DNA of 64,000 nucleotides from a virus (Duplodnaviria; Heunggongvirae; Uroviricota; Caudoviricetes): IMG/VR virus record IMGVR_UViG_3300013132_000019; one strand, 5' to 3'. Shown piece by piece: positions 6,359 to 14,206 of this stretch (position 1 is its first letter; each line of letters starts with the position of its first letter). The notes under the pieces were generated by a model. It saw only the letters and a program-made list of their open reading frames with translations, ran no database searches and was not told where the DNA came from. The position numbers and the translations under genes were made by a program.

Positions 6359-7537
6359 TTAATTGAGTGTTTTTTTGAATTTTTCGACCTCAATTTGATT
6401 GATTACTTTACCGACCTCTGGTCCTTTGATATTGAATTGTTTCATAACATCTTGCCCACTTACCGATAACTTGAATTGCAATAATTTGTCAATTAGATTA
6501 GCATCCAAGTTCATTAGTGAAGCAAAAGTTTTAATCTGTTCATCAGATAAACTACTTAGTTGTAGTTTCTTTTTCATTGGTACAATTTCATCTGGTTCAA
6601 ATTGAGTCAATAACATTAAAGCTGTTATATCACGTATTTCTTGTGTTGAGTATTTCAACGCATTTAATTTCTTTTCGATTTGAGATATGTCACTTATAGT
6701 TATAAGTGGTAACAATAAGCTGGCAATTACCAACTCTGAGTCATTACTCTCTATGAAATTCTTATTGATTTTAACGTTAGGAAATATAGCATTGAACAAA
6801 TCATATTTATCCAACATCGATAAGAAATTAACAGTTGATTTGGATGTCTTGATTCCTTTGATGAATTCATCTCTAATGCGCTCACCAGAAATTGCTGATA
6901 AATCAATACCTTTACTTAGTAATTGGTCTATCTTCTCATCAACCTCACTACCGAATCTTGCGGCAAATCTAATAGCTCTTAACACTCTTAGCTTGTCCTC
7001 TTCAAATCGTTCAGATGGGTCACCAACCGTTCGAATAATACCTTTTTTAAGGTCTTCAATTCCACCAACAAGGTCAACAACCTCATTGGTATCCAAATCA
7101 TAGAATAATGCGTTAACGGTTAAATCTCTTCGGGCAACATCTGTTGCTATATCAGTGAATTCAACACTTGAAGGTCTTCTAGAATCTTCGTATCCCGATT
7201 CAGACCTAAAAGTGGCAATCTCATACTCATCATTGTCAGTTAATGCGTTTATAACACCAAAAGATTTACCAGTTTCTATTATATTTGTTATAAATGGTTT
7301 TCCTTTAAGCATTTTAATAACCTCATCAGGTTTGGCTTCAGTTGCTAAATCATAATCCTTTATAGGTTTACCCAATAAAGCATCCCTAACAGAACCACCG
7401 ACCAAATATAATTCTTTACCATTAGCTTTGAATACTTTCTGTATCTTCCTAATATCTTCAGGTATGTCCATTTTAAAGGGTATACGGACTTCTTCCGCTT
7501 CCAATAGTAATTGTTCTTTTATTAATTTTTTAAACAT
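6359..7537 (-). CDS. cca: CCA-adding tRNA nucleotidyltransferase (class II)
   Basis: LVGGSVRD, KDYDLAT, EIATFR, RRDLTVNALFYD, RFEEDKLRVLRAIRFAAR. Confidence 0.92.
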   Translation of the reverse strand: MFKKLIKEQLLLEAEEVRIPFKMDIPEDIRKIQKVFKANGKELYLVGGSVRDALLGKPIKDYDLATEAKPDEVIKMLKGKPFITNIIETGKSFGVINALTDNDEYEIATFRSESGYEDSRRPSSVEFTDIATDVARRDLTVNALFYDLDTNEVVDLVGGIEDLKKGIIRTVGDPSERFEEDKLRVLRAIRFAARFGSEVDEKIDQLLSKGIDLSAISGERIRDEFIKGIKTSKSTVNFLSMLDKYDLFNAIFPNVKINKNFIESNDSELVIASLLLPLITISDISQIEKKLNALKYSTQEIRDITALMLLTQFEPDEIVPMKKKLQLSSLSDEQIKTFASLMNLDANLIDKLLQFKLSVSGQDVMKQFNIKGPEVGKVINQIEVEKFKKTLN

Positions 7538-7572
7538 CAGTTCTTTTTAATTAAATAGTTCACAAATATAAC

Positions 7573-7604
7573 AAAAAAAAGGCCAAACCTCATGGTTTGA
7601 CCTT
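7573..7604 (-). terminator. Intrinsic terminator
   Basis: AAGGTCAAACC-ATGA-GGTTTGGCCTT plus T run on the minus strand, downstream of the dNMP kinase. Confidence 0.7.
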
Positions 7605-7632
7605 GAAAAAACTATGAATAGTTTTTTTCTAT

Positions 7633-8262
7633 CTATGCGTAGCAACTGGCTACGGAAACCCCATGTTTAAACATAAATGCTCTAACTTTTTCGTTGAACA
7701 CTTCAACATTGGCAATATCATTTTCAATAATATCGGTAAATTTATCATAATTATTTAAGGCTGTTTCAGATGGGTGATTTAAATCCCTATTACTTTTGGC
7801 TCTGACACCCATGGGGTCACCTGTAATTTTAATTAAGAGACCGCCTTGACTTAGAATGTAATCAGCTTCATTGGGGAATCTAACATCTGGTATCACTAAT
7901 ATATGGTCTTTAGCCAAAGCTTCTTTGCCAACAGAAGCGAATAATGACTTTACCCAAACGTCAGTATCAAAATTATCTCGTAAAGCTTCAGTACCGAGTT
8001 GTTGTAATATTTGACCAACGGTTTTACCCCACATATCCAAATATACATTTTTATCATCTTGTGTATAGTTATAAACTGGATTATAGAAGGGTTTGTTAGG
8101 TTCATGGGTCATGGTCATATCATAACCAGTCAACTGTTCAGTAATCAACCTTAATTTATCAGCAAACGCATGTCTTTCAACTGGTTTTGAACTAAACTCA
8201 GCCAGTGTTTCAGCAAAAAAATCCTTACCAGCACCTATGGTGCCATTTATACCTATAATCAT
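7633..8262 (-). CDS. Deoxynucleoside monophosphate kinase (T4 gp1-like)
   Basis: GTIGAGKD, FADKLR, LQQLGTE, PDVRFPNE, HPSE motifs; promoter TTTG-N19-TATATTTG at 8281-8311. Confidence 0.85.
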   Translation of the reverse strand: MIIGINGTIGAGKDFFAETLAEFSSKPVERHAFADKLRLITEQLTGYDMTMTHEPNKPFYNPVYNYTQDDKNVYLDMWGKTVGQILQQLGTEALRDNFDTDVWVKSLFASVGKEALAKDHILVIPDVRFPNEADYILSQGGLLIKITGDPMGVRAKSNRDLNHPSETALNNYDKFTDIIENDIANVEVFNEKVRAFMFKHGVSVASCYA

Positions 8263-8443
8263 TTTTTTTTAATTATTGTGCAAATATACAGAATTTTTTT
8301 TGTATATCAAAAGTTATTTTAGTTTTCTCTGAATAGTTTAGATAATTAAATTTCTTTTCACAAATCTTTAAAGTTGAACAGCCCTTTTCATTCATTTTGA
8401 ACTTGATTTATTGTAATTGTTTATATATTCTAGTTGTGCGCAA

Positions 8444-8701
8444 TTAAGGTAAATCAACCTCTGCCCATGAATCAACTGTAACGTCTGAAAAATTATACCT
8501 GAATCGCAACTGTCTTTCATCCGCCATTAACATTGAATGGCTTGGGTTTGCATACCAAAAACAATCTCTACTTGCGTCTTCATTAGTTGCGATAGGTTTG
8601 TCTTCTCTATACCCTAAGTATATGCTTCCTTTTTTTCGTTTAATCCAAATCAATTTGTTTGGTTCAGGCAAATTTTCTGATGTAAGTTTTTTAAACTCCA
8701 T
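8444..8701 (-). CDS. Cassette-borne hypothetical protein
   Basis: ATG just after R' GTTGTGCGCA (8710-8719); stop followed by TGCGCACAAC. Confidence 0.6.
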   Translation of the reverse strand: MEFKKLTSENLPEPNKLIWIKRKKGSIYLGYREDKPIATNEDASRDCFWYANPSHSMLMADERQLRFRYNFSDVTVDSWAEVDLP

Positions 8702-8712
8702 AATATAACTGC

Positions 8713-8843
8713 GCACAACAAAGTATATAAAACATGGCTGTTGTACGGCTTATTTGACCATGCACGGCATTTAATTTAGTTCAGTACGCTTCGACAAGTT
8801 CCGTGTTCTTATCAGCCACGTTTCATATACAAATACGTTAGCA
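8713..8843 (-). repeat. attC-like site
   Basis: TGCTAAC ... GTATATGAAACGTGGCTG / CAGCCATGTTTTATATAC ... GTTGTGC. Confidence 0.7.
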
Positions 8844-8850
8844 CACATAA

Positions 8851-9093
8851 TTAATCCGTTGTTCTGTTGTTTATGTCTGCTATCATTGCCCAAAGTGGTC
8901 GCTCTCTTATTTTGTGTCTGTAAGCCAATAGTATTTCGCTCCATTGGTTTATATCTGTGATAATCTTGGTTTTACTTTCCAAAGATTTACGTGTGCTAAC
9001 ATCAAATAAAGAATATAGCTTATCAATCGCTTGGGCTTCGCTTATTTCCTTTCTAACTAATTCACCGAGTATTTTATCTATTTCGTCTCTCAT
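8851..9093 (-). CDS. Hypothetical protein whose N-terminus lies inside an attC-like site
   Basis: Reads through R' GTTAGCACAC at 8992-9001 (...LFDVSTR...). Confidence 0.55.
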   Translation of the reverse strand: MRDEIDKILGELVRKEISEAQAIDKLYSLFDVSTRKSLESKTKIITDINQWSEILLAYRHKIRERPLWAMIADINNRTTD

Positions 9094-9126
9094 ATCGCTA
9101 CTTTCTTTATTTGTGAACCGTTAGCG
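8995..9126 (-). repeat. attC-like site
   Basis: CGCTAAC ... AAATAAAGAA..TAGC / GCTA..TTCTTTATTT ... GTTAGCA. Confidence 0.65.
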
Positions 9127-9363
9127 GTAATTCTTTACTGGTTTACTATTTGGGCATTTGTTGTTATCACAGTATCTTTCTCCAAACAACATTAAAAATC
9201 CACTTCTGGGCATTGTACTACCGCAATTTGTACAAAAATGCCCTACACCTTCTCGAATAACTCTATTTAGTGGTGGTTTGGGTGGTTCTGGAATAGAACT
9301 ACCGCTAACACCACCTATATGTAATGCCTTATTCTCTTTTTTGTTCTTTTTCTTTTTACTCAT
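9121..9363 (-). CDS. Zn-finger-like hypothetical protein crossing an attC-like R' site
   Basis: CTNC and C-x4-C motifs; ALHIGGVSGS junction at GTTAGCGGTA (9300-9309). Confidence 0.6.
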   Translation of the reverse strand: MSKKKKNKKENKALHIGGVSGSSIPEPPKPPLNRVIREGVGHFCTNCGSTMPRSGFLMLFGERYCDNNKCPNSKPVKNYR

Positions 9364-9434
9364 TGCTTTAATCTTTTTAGTTAGTGTAGTAATTTATTCA
9401 AGGTCGGCACTACACATAGCCACTCCCATTATAT
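9303..9434 (-). repeat. Degenerate attC-like site
   Basis: Arms CTATGTGTAGTGCC / GGCATTACATATAG; R' GTTAGCG intact, R'' mutated. Confidence 0.5.
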
Positions 9435-9445
9435 TCAATTAAAAT

Positions 9446-9652
9446 TTATTTTGATTTATATTTAAAAAGAAGTTCTATCAAACCCCAAGTTATCAGTGGA
9501 AATACTACTAATGAGAGTAAATAACCTACCCAATTATTATCTTTAATTATATTGACAAGTGTAAATCCAACCATCACAGTTAGAATTAAGTAGAGTTTTG
9601 ATTTATTGATTTCTGTCATAACTTCTTTTTTTAAAAGTAAAAAAAATTTCAA
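9446..9652 (-). CDS. Cassette-borne small two-helix membrane protein
   Basis: Two hydrophobic segments; directly follows R' GTTATAT. Confidence 0.55.
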   Translation of the reverse strand: MKFFLLLKKEVMTEINKSKLYLILTVMVGFTLVNIIKDNNWVGYLLSLVVFPLITWGLIELLFKYKSK

Positions 9653-9656
9653 CTAA

Positions 9657-9710
9657 ATATAACAAATGATAAACAACATTAAAACGATTGTTTATCATCA
9701 GACGTTATGT
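9657..9710 (-). repeat. Short attC-like site (59-base-element size)
   Basis: ACATAAC-GTCTG-ATGATAAACAA..TTGTTTATCAT-TT-GTTATAT; nearly identical copy at 63880-63933. Confidence 0.75.
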
Positions 9711-9714
9711 GCCA

Positions 9715-9921
9715 TTATAAATAACCACCTTCAACAAACTTGACCAAGTGGTCTGCACACCATTGAGCCTTGTTTAGTGAGTCTAGGGATAGATAATTCT
9801 TTAACCAAGCGTCTTTGGTCATTCCGTGTTTCATTACAGCTTTAACTTGCTCAAATCGTTCATCTGTATAAAGGTCAAGTTTGCCTTGTTCTTTTAATAT
9901 TTTTTTCGTTTCTGCTTTCAT
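9715..9921 (-). CDS. Cassette-borne hypothetical protein
   Basis: ATG at 9921; cassette bounded by GTTATGTGCC (9937-9946) and GGCACATAAC (9704-9713). Confidence 0.6.
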   Translation of the reverse strand: MKAETKKILKEQGKLDLYTDERFEQVKAVMKHGMTKDAWLKNYLSLDSLNKAQWCADHLVKFVEGGYL

Positions 9922-9939
9922 CTTGCGAATAATAACGGC

Positions 9940-10032
9940 ACATAACAACGGCTAAAAAGCATAGCCAATAAAGTGTAGTGCCAATTTTGAAGCGTGATTG
10001 CATGGCTACGCTTCTTAGCCAAACCGTTAAAT
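9940..10032 (-). repeat. attC-like site
   Basis: ATTTAAC ... GGCTAAGAAGCGTAGCCA / TGGCTATGCTTTTTAGCC ... GTTATGT. Confidence 0.7.
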
Positions 10033-10038
10033 GAAAAG

Positions 10039-10245
10039 CTACATGAAATGCTCGCCACAGGCATCATCTTTCCAAATGCGCTTTTGTTCAGGCTTTGGTT
10101 CTTCATAAACACGATAACGGTTATTTTTTTCTCTACCACACAAAACACAAGCAGTAGTTTCAACTACATACCAATATTTTCGCCCTTCATTTAACACTGC
10201 ATTGGTGCTATTTTGGCTGACGGAAGTAATCTGGTCTTGTTGCAT
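10039..10245 (-). CDS. Hypothetical CxxC protein starting inside an attC-like site
   Basis: CVLC motif; reads through R' GTTAAATGAA (10186-10195). Confidence 0.45.
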   Translation of the reverse strand: MQQDQITSVSQNSTNAVLNEGRKYWYVVETTACVLCGREKNNRYRVYEEPKPEQKRIWKDDACGEHFM

Positions 10246-10319
10246 ATATATCTTTTAGTTGTTAATTTGAACTTTTAAGCCTTGATGCCCAAACAGACAC
10301 CAATGCTTTAACGTTATGC
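10189..10319 (-). repeat. attC-like site
   Basis: GCATAAC ... GCATTGGTG / CACCAATGC ... GTTAAAT. Confidence 0.7.
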
Positions 10320-10568
10320 ATCATTGCCATAAAGCAATCGTTTTGCATTTGCAATAATCTGTTCAGTTTCGTAAGCACCGCTAAATGTGCCTGTACTTAA
10401 AACACATACACACCTACCATCGGAATCAAATATTCTTGGAGGCTCACTTCCATTCCAATCAAAATACCAAGCAGTAGGCAACGAATGCATAACATCAGAT
10501 AAACCCAATAATCTTTGAGCTTCTTTGTTATGTTCGTCTTTAGTCATAGGTTTCTTTCTCTTTGCCAT
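10314..10568 (-). CDS. Hypothetical protein
   Basis: Stop codon overlaps the R'' box (GCA TAA C). Confidence 0.6.
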   Translation of the reverse strand: MAKRKKPMTKDEHNKEAQRLLGLSDVMHSLPTAWYFDWNGSEPPRIFDSDGRCVCVLSTGTFSGAYETEQIIANAKRLLYGNDA

Positions 10569-10602
10569 ATTTCTGTTATTACTGGGTTTATCAATACCGT
10601 TG

Positions 10603-10690
10603 TTGCGGGAGAAAGAATCGCACTTTCACACCTTTACGGTTGGTAGCTTATGAGACTACCGAGGCATCACTACCAGCCTTCATTCCCGCG
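10603..10690 (-). tRNA. tRNA-Met(CAT), initiator-like C1-A72 mismatch, extra variable arm
   Basis: CGCGGGA/TCCCGCA, GGTAGT-CTCATAA-GCTACC, ACC-GTAAA-GGT, GAAAG-TGCGATT-CTTTC. Confidence 0.7.
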
Positions 10691-10787
10691 ATATAATAAT
10701 AAACAGAGAGACTTTTTTTACATCTCAATTGTATTGTCTAAATTTTGCTGAAATCTCTCTTTAATTTCTGTTTCTTAATTTCTGATA

Positions 10788-10819
10788 CAAATATACATTA
10801 AATATTCAATATATGCAAA
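10788..10819 (-). promoter_or_regulatory. Bacteroidota primary-sigma promoter upstream of tRNA-Met and the cassette array
   Basis: TTTG (10816-10819), 20 nt, TATATTTG (10788-10795). Confidence 0.75.
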
Positions 10820-10826
10820 TCAAAAA

Positions 10827-11036
10827 TTACTTTTTTCTCTCATTTAATTCTTCAACAACAATATACGTGGTATTCAATAAGAATGTTTCCCGATGTATCA
10901 CATTCAAAACAACATAGTATTTACCCGTATTCTCAATATAAACCATTTCGTTGGTTCTCGGTGTTTCAGATAACCTTAATCTGGTTATAACATCCCAATT
11001 ACGAGTGATTATATTATACCTTTTTTTTAAGAACAT
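10827..11036 (-). CDS. Hypothetical protein
   Basis: 69-aa ORF from track. Confidence 0.55.
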   Translation of the reverse strand: MFLKKRYNIITRNWDVITRLRLSETPRTNEMVYIENTGKYYVVLNVIHRETFLLNTTYIVVEELNERKK

Positions 11037-11109
11037 TTTTAATTATTTACAAAACCTTTGATTTTCCTATATTTATATATAAATAACAATTTACAAAAAA
11101 TCAACTAAA

Positions 11110-11154
11110 ATGAAAGGATGTGGATGTAAACCAAAACCAAAACCAAGCAAATAA
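11110..11154 (+). CDS. Micro-ORF MKGCGCKPKPKPSK
   Basis: A-rich leader, upstream TATTTATA motif, immediately followed by a long hairpin. Confidence 0.45.
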   Translation: MKGCGCKPKPKPSK

Positions 11155-11156
11155 TT

Positions 11157-11208
11157 AAAAAATATGTCATGGTACTACATTGAAATAATTTTACCATGAC
11201 ATATTTTT
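11157..11208. terminator. Bidirectional hairpin terminator between the micro-ORF and tmRNA
   Basis: AAAAATATGTCATGGTA ... TACCATGACATATTTTT 17-bp inverted repeat. Confidence 0.75.
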
Positions 11209-11227
11209 TAAGAACAAAAGTTCAGTG

Positions 11228-11596
11228 TGGATGTGGAGAGATTCGAACTCTCGTCTTACACGCATCAATAATACTTTCTACAAGCTTAGTCACATTTTCT
11301 AATCTGACGAAATATCAAATCTTTACAGGAATTTGAAAACCCGTTATTAAATTTTATTGACCTTAAAACTCAATAAACTAAAAAGGTTTTGTTAAGCTGT
11401 CTTAACTCGGCACCTATTATGCTGTTGGTGCAAACATCCCTTACACTAAAGCTTCTGCTTCAGTAGCAAAGAATCTTTCATAATTAACGAAATCTTCGCC
11501 TTTTATAATTCTCAAGTAAATTTTGTACTGCTATAACCTGAGTCGCAGTGCTTCCTTATATCAAAGAACATCATGCAATCAAATCCAGTCACACCC
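11228..11596 (-). ncRNA. ssrA: tmRNA; predicted tag (A)GEDFVNYERFFATEAEALV
   Basis: 5' GGGTGTGACTGGATTTGA, acceptor GGGTGTG/CACATCC with G3-U70, GAGAG-TTCGAAT-CTCTC T arm, ATAAAA then GGC resume codon; tag frame 11441-11500. Confidence 0.88.
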
Positions 11597-11602
11597 ATTC
11601 AT

Positions 11603-11788
11603 TTATAAATATACTGATTTATTTTTAATGCACCAAACAAAAAACGCCTCTTCATTAAAAACTGTTGGTTTTGTTACCAACCATTCTTTAAACCATTTTT
11701 CAGTCGTTACATAAATACTACTCGGCACATCCATTTTTGAATGTGGATTAACCTTTTTATATAACTTTTCAGCTATGCTAATATACAT
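11603..11788 (-). CDS. Hypothetical protein
   Basis: 61-aa ORF coupled to clpP. Confidence 0.55.
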   Translation of the reverse strand: MYISIAEKLYKKVNPHSKMDVPSSIYVTTEKWFKEWLVTKPTVFNEEAFFVWCIKNKSVYL

Positions 11789-12477
11789 TATTGTTTATTC
11801 TTAATAATTGAATCAATAATACCATATTCAAGGGCTTCACCTGATGTAAGCCACAAATCTCGGTCAGCATCTTTTTTAACTTGTTCTGGGTCTTTATCAC
11901 AGTATTCACCGAGCATTCTAAACAACTCTTCATTATATTTTTCAGCTTCCATATAAGAGATTTTCATTGACTGTATCTCACCTGACATACCTCCAGAAAC
12001 TTGGTGTAGCATTACTTTTGAATGTGGTAAACTATATCGTTTCCCCTTTGTTCCAGCACCTAATAAAACTGAACCCATCGATGCTGCCATTCCAGTATTT
12101 ATTGTTACAATATCAGAACTAACATAATTCATAACATCGACCATAGATAGCCCACTCTTGACGCTTCCACCAGGGGTGTCACAATGAATTACAATATCAT
12201 CGTTACCTTGTGTGTCCAACCACATTAGCTGTGCTTGAACAATTGTTGACATCATATCATTTACAACGCCAGCAACCCAGATAATTCTCTCCATTTGCAT
12301 TCTGGAGAAGATATCCATCTGAACGGCTCTTCTATCAGATTCTTCGGTAATATATGGTGTTAATGAAGCATTAGGTCCATATAGTTTATCTTGAAGTTTT
12401 TCCCAATAATGCAGTTGCATCGGGTTAATGTTCAAGTGCTTTATTGCATAATTGCTAAAATCGTTATTATAAGTCAT
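11788..12477 (-). CDS. clpP: ATP-dependent Clp protease proteolytic subunit
   Basis: DIFSR, ERIIW, DTPGGSV, GMAASMGSVLL (Ser), MLHQVSGG (His), DRD. Confidence 0.93.
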   Translation of the reverse strand: MTYNNDFSNYAIKHLNINPMQLHYWEKLQDKLYGPNASLTPYITEESDRRAVQMDIFSRMQMERIIWVAGVVNDMMSTIVQAQLMWLDTQGNDDIVIHCDTPGGSVKSGLSMVDVMNYVSSDIVTINTGMAASMGSVLLGAGTKGKRYSLPHSKVMLHQVSGGMSGEIQSMKISYMEAEKYNEELFRMLGEYCDKDPEQVKKDADRDLWLTSGEALEYGIIDSIIKNKQ

Positions 12478-12682
12478 CTTTATATCTATTTAAGGTTTCT
12501 AATGCGTCATCAGCTTCAGCCAAATTAACTAACGCTTCAATACAGTTATCATAAAAGTCTGTTGTTGAGTGGTCACCAATTCCAACGGGGTTGGACATTA
12601 GTAGTTTAAGACTTAACAACGACTTTTGTCGTCTGGAATGCATTTCAGATTCCAACATTTTAATTACACTACCTTTCATCAC
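12467..12682 (-). CDS. Hypothetical protein
   Basis: 71-aa ORF with NPVGIGDH motif. Confidence 0.65.
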   Translation of the reverse strand: MMKGSVIKMLESEMHSRRQKSLLSLKLLMSNPVGIGDHSTTDFYDNCIEALVNLAEADDALETLNRYKDDL

Positions 12683-13104
12683 ACTCTAACTTCTTCAGAA
12701 TCTTCTTTTTGTGATGATAATTCTCTTAGAACATCTTTAAGTCTCTTGACTTCTTCAAAAGTGTATTTGCTAACCATTAAGCTGAATGCTGTGAAATCTG
12801 GTTTAACGATTGACAGTTTATCTTTTTCAAAATCAAAACTGATATGAGCAATTGCTTCCTCAGCGACCATAACTCTGTGGTTTTCTTCCAACATCTCAAA
12901 GACTTGCTCATTAACTGTGATTACAATATCTTCTTTTGTTAGGAAATTATATACACCAGTAACTTTTTTTGGTGGTTCATATACGTTCTTTTGGTTTTGA
13001 CAACCAACAACCCTTAAATTAACAACCCGTTCAAGTCCAGCTTTGCTAAATGCTCTTGTAAAATAACCTTCTAGGTCTTCCATTAAATCAAAATACTTCG
13101 CCAT
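12679..13104 (-). CDS. Hypothetical protein
   Basis: 141-aa ORF, operonic. Confidence 0.7.
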   Translation of the reverse strand: MAKYFDLMEDLEGYFTRAFSKAGLERVVNLRVVGCQNQKNVYEPPKKVTGVYNFLTKEDIVITVNEQVFEMLEENHRVMVAEEAIAHISFDFEKDKLSIVKPDFTAFSLMVSKYTFEEVKRLKDVLRELSSQKEDSEEVRV

Positions 13105-13160
13105 TTTTTTATTTTTAAATTATTTTTGTTATTACTTTAGCAAACATATAATATTATTCC

Positions 13161-14159
13161 TTAGCTGTCAAGTGAATCGGTGATGTTTTTTAATTTATTC
13201 AATAAATCCTTTTCTTCTTCCGATATTTCATTAGGATATTTAACGTTTAATAATATGTGCATATCACCACGTTCATTTAAAACACCAAAACCTCTTTGTC
13301 GTTTTTTGAAACCTTGACCCTTAACTCTTAATACTTTACCATCATGTGATAGTTCTGGTACTTTTAATTTAATCTTTGAACCAGATATTGTTGGTACCAT
13401 CTTCTCACAACCCAATACCACTTCTGGATATGTTAATTCCATAAAATAGGTAACGTCAAATGGGTTATCTGGATTTCGCATAAAGTCTTTGTCCTCGTTT
13501 ACAAATACCTCCACAATCAATGCTCCGACCATACCGTTATTCAACTCATTACCATAGCCTTGATACGTTAATCTTTCACCATTCAAAATACTTGGTGGTA
13601 TGGTTATTGAAACATTATTGGTTTTGCTTTTTTTACCAGTAGATGAACAATCGTTACATGGTTTTTTATATGTAGTGCCAGTACCATTACACGTTTGACA
13701 CATTGTTTGCATAACCATAAACCCGTTATTGATTATTTGTGCCCCACTACCACCACAGGAAGAACATGTTTCAGGTTCATGACCACCATTACCATTACAT
13801 GTCCCACATTTTGAAAATGAGTTATAATTAATAGGTACTGTCTTGCCGTTTAAGACATCTTTTAAATCTATGATAACCCTATGATAGATATTTGGTTGTA
13901 TATCAGATTGTTGTCGTCTATTGGCTTGCCTGAAAAATTCTTCAAACCCCATAGACCTACCAAACGATGGTGGATTGTCATATTCTGCACGTTTCTTAGG
14001 GTCTGAAAGTGTTGAATATGCTTCAGCTATCTCTTTAAATTTTTCCTCATCACCACCTTTATCTGGATGATGTTCCTTACTTAATTTACGATAACTTTTT
14101 TTTATTTCCTCTTGAGTCGCTTCTTTTGAAACGCCCAATATATCATAGTAATTGGCCAT
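13161..14159 (-). CDS. dnaJ: DnaJ chaperone
   Basis: J domain with HPD, four CxxCxGxG-type Zn-finger repeats, C-terminal domain. Confidence 0.93.
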   Translation of the reverse strand: MANYYDILGVSKEATQEEIKKSYRKLSKEHHPDKGGDEEKFKEIAEAYSTLSDPKKRAEYDNPPSFGRSMGFEEFFRQANRRQQSDIQPNIYHRVIIDLKDVLNGKTVPINYNSFSKCGTCNGNGGHEPETCSSCGGSGAQIINNGFMVMQTMCQTCNGTGTTYKKPCNDCSSTGKKSKTNNVSITIPPSILNGERLTYQGYGNELNNGMVGALIVEVFVNEDKDFMRNPDNPFDVTYFMELTYPEVVLGCEKMVPTISGSKIKLKVPELSHDGKVLRVKGQGFKKRQRGFGVLNERGDMHILLNVKYPNEISEEEKDLLNKLKNITDSLDS

Positions 14160-14206
14160 ATGTTCACTTTTTTGACAAATATATGTAAATTAAATTAAAA
14201 AAAACA

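Larger units (their letters stand above)
8433..10319 (-). mobile_element. Integron-like attC cassette array (about 7 sites; no integrase in window)
   Basis: Repeated R''(..YAAC) / L''-L' inverted arms / R'(GTT..) elements between short ORFs. Each cassette's 5' GTT-decamer is the reverse complement of its 3' AAC-decamer. Confidence 0.75.

Noticed and set aside
8433-10319. Possible CRISPR array or REP repeats
   Set aside because: Units differ in sequence and length, are separated by ORFs rather than constant-length spacers, and fit the attC pattern better. No CRISPR array was seen in the window.
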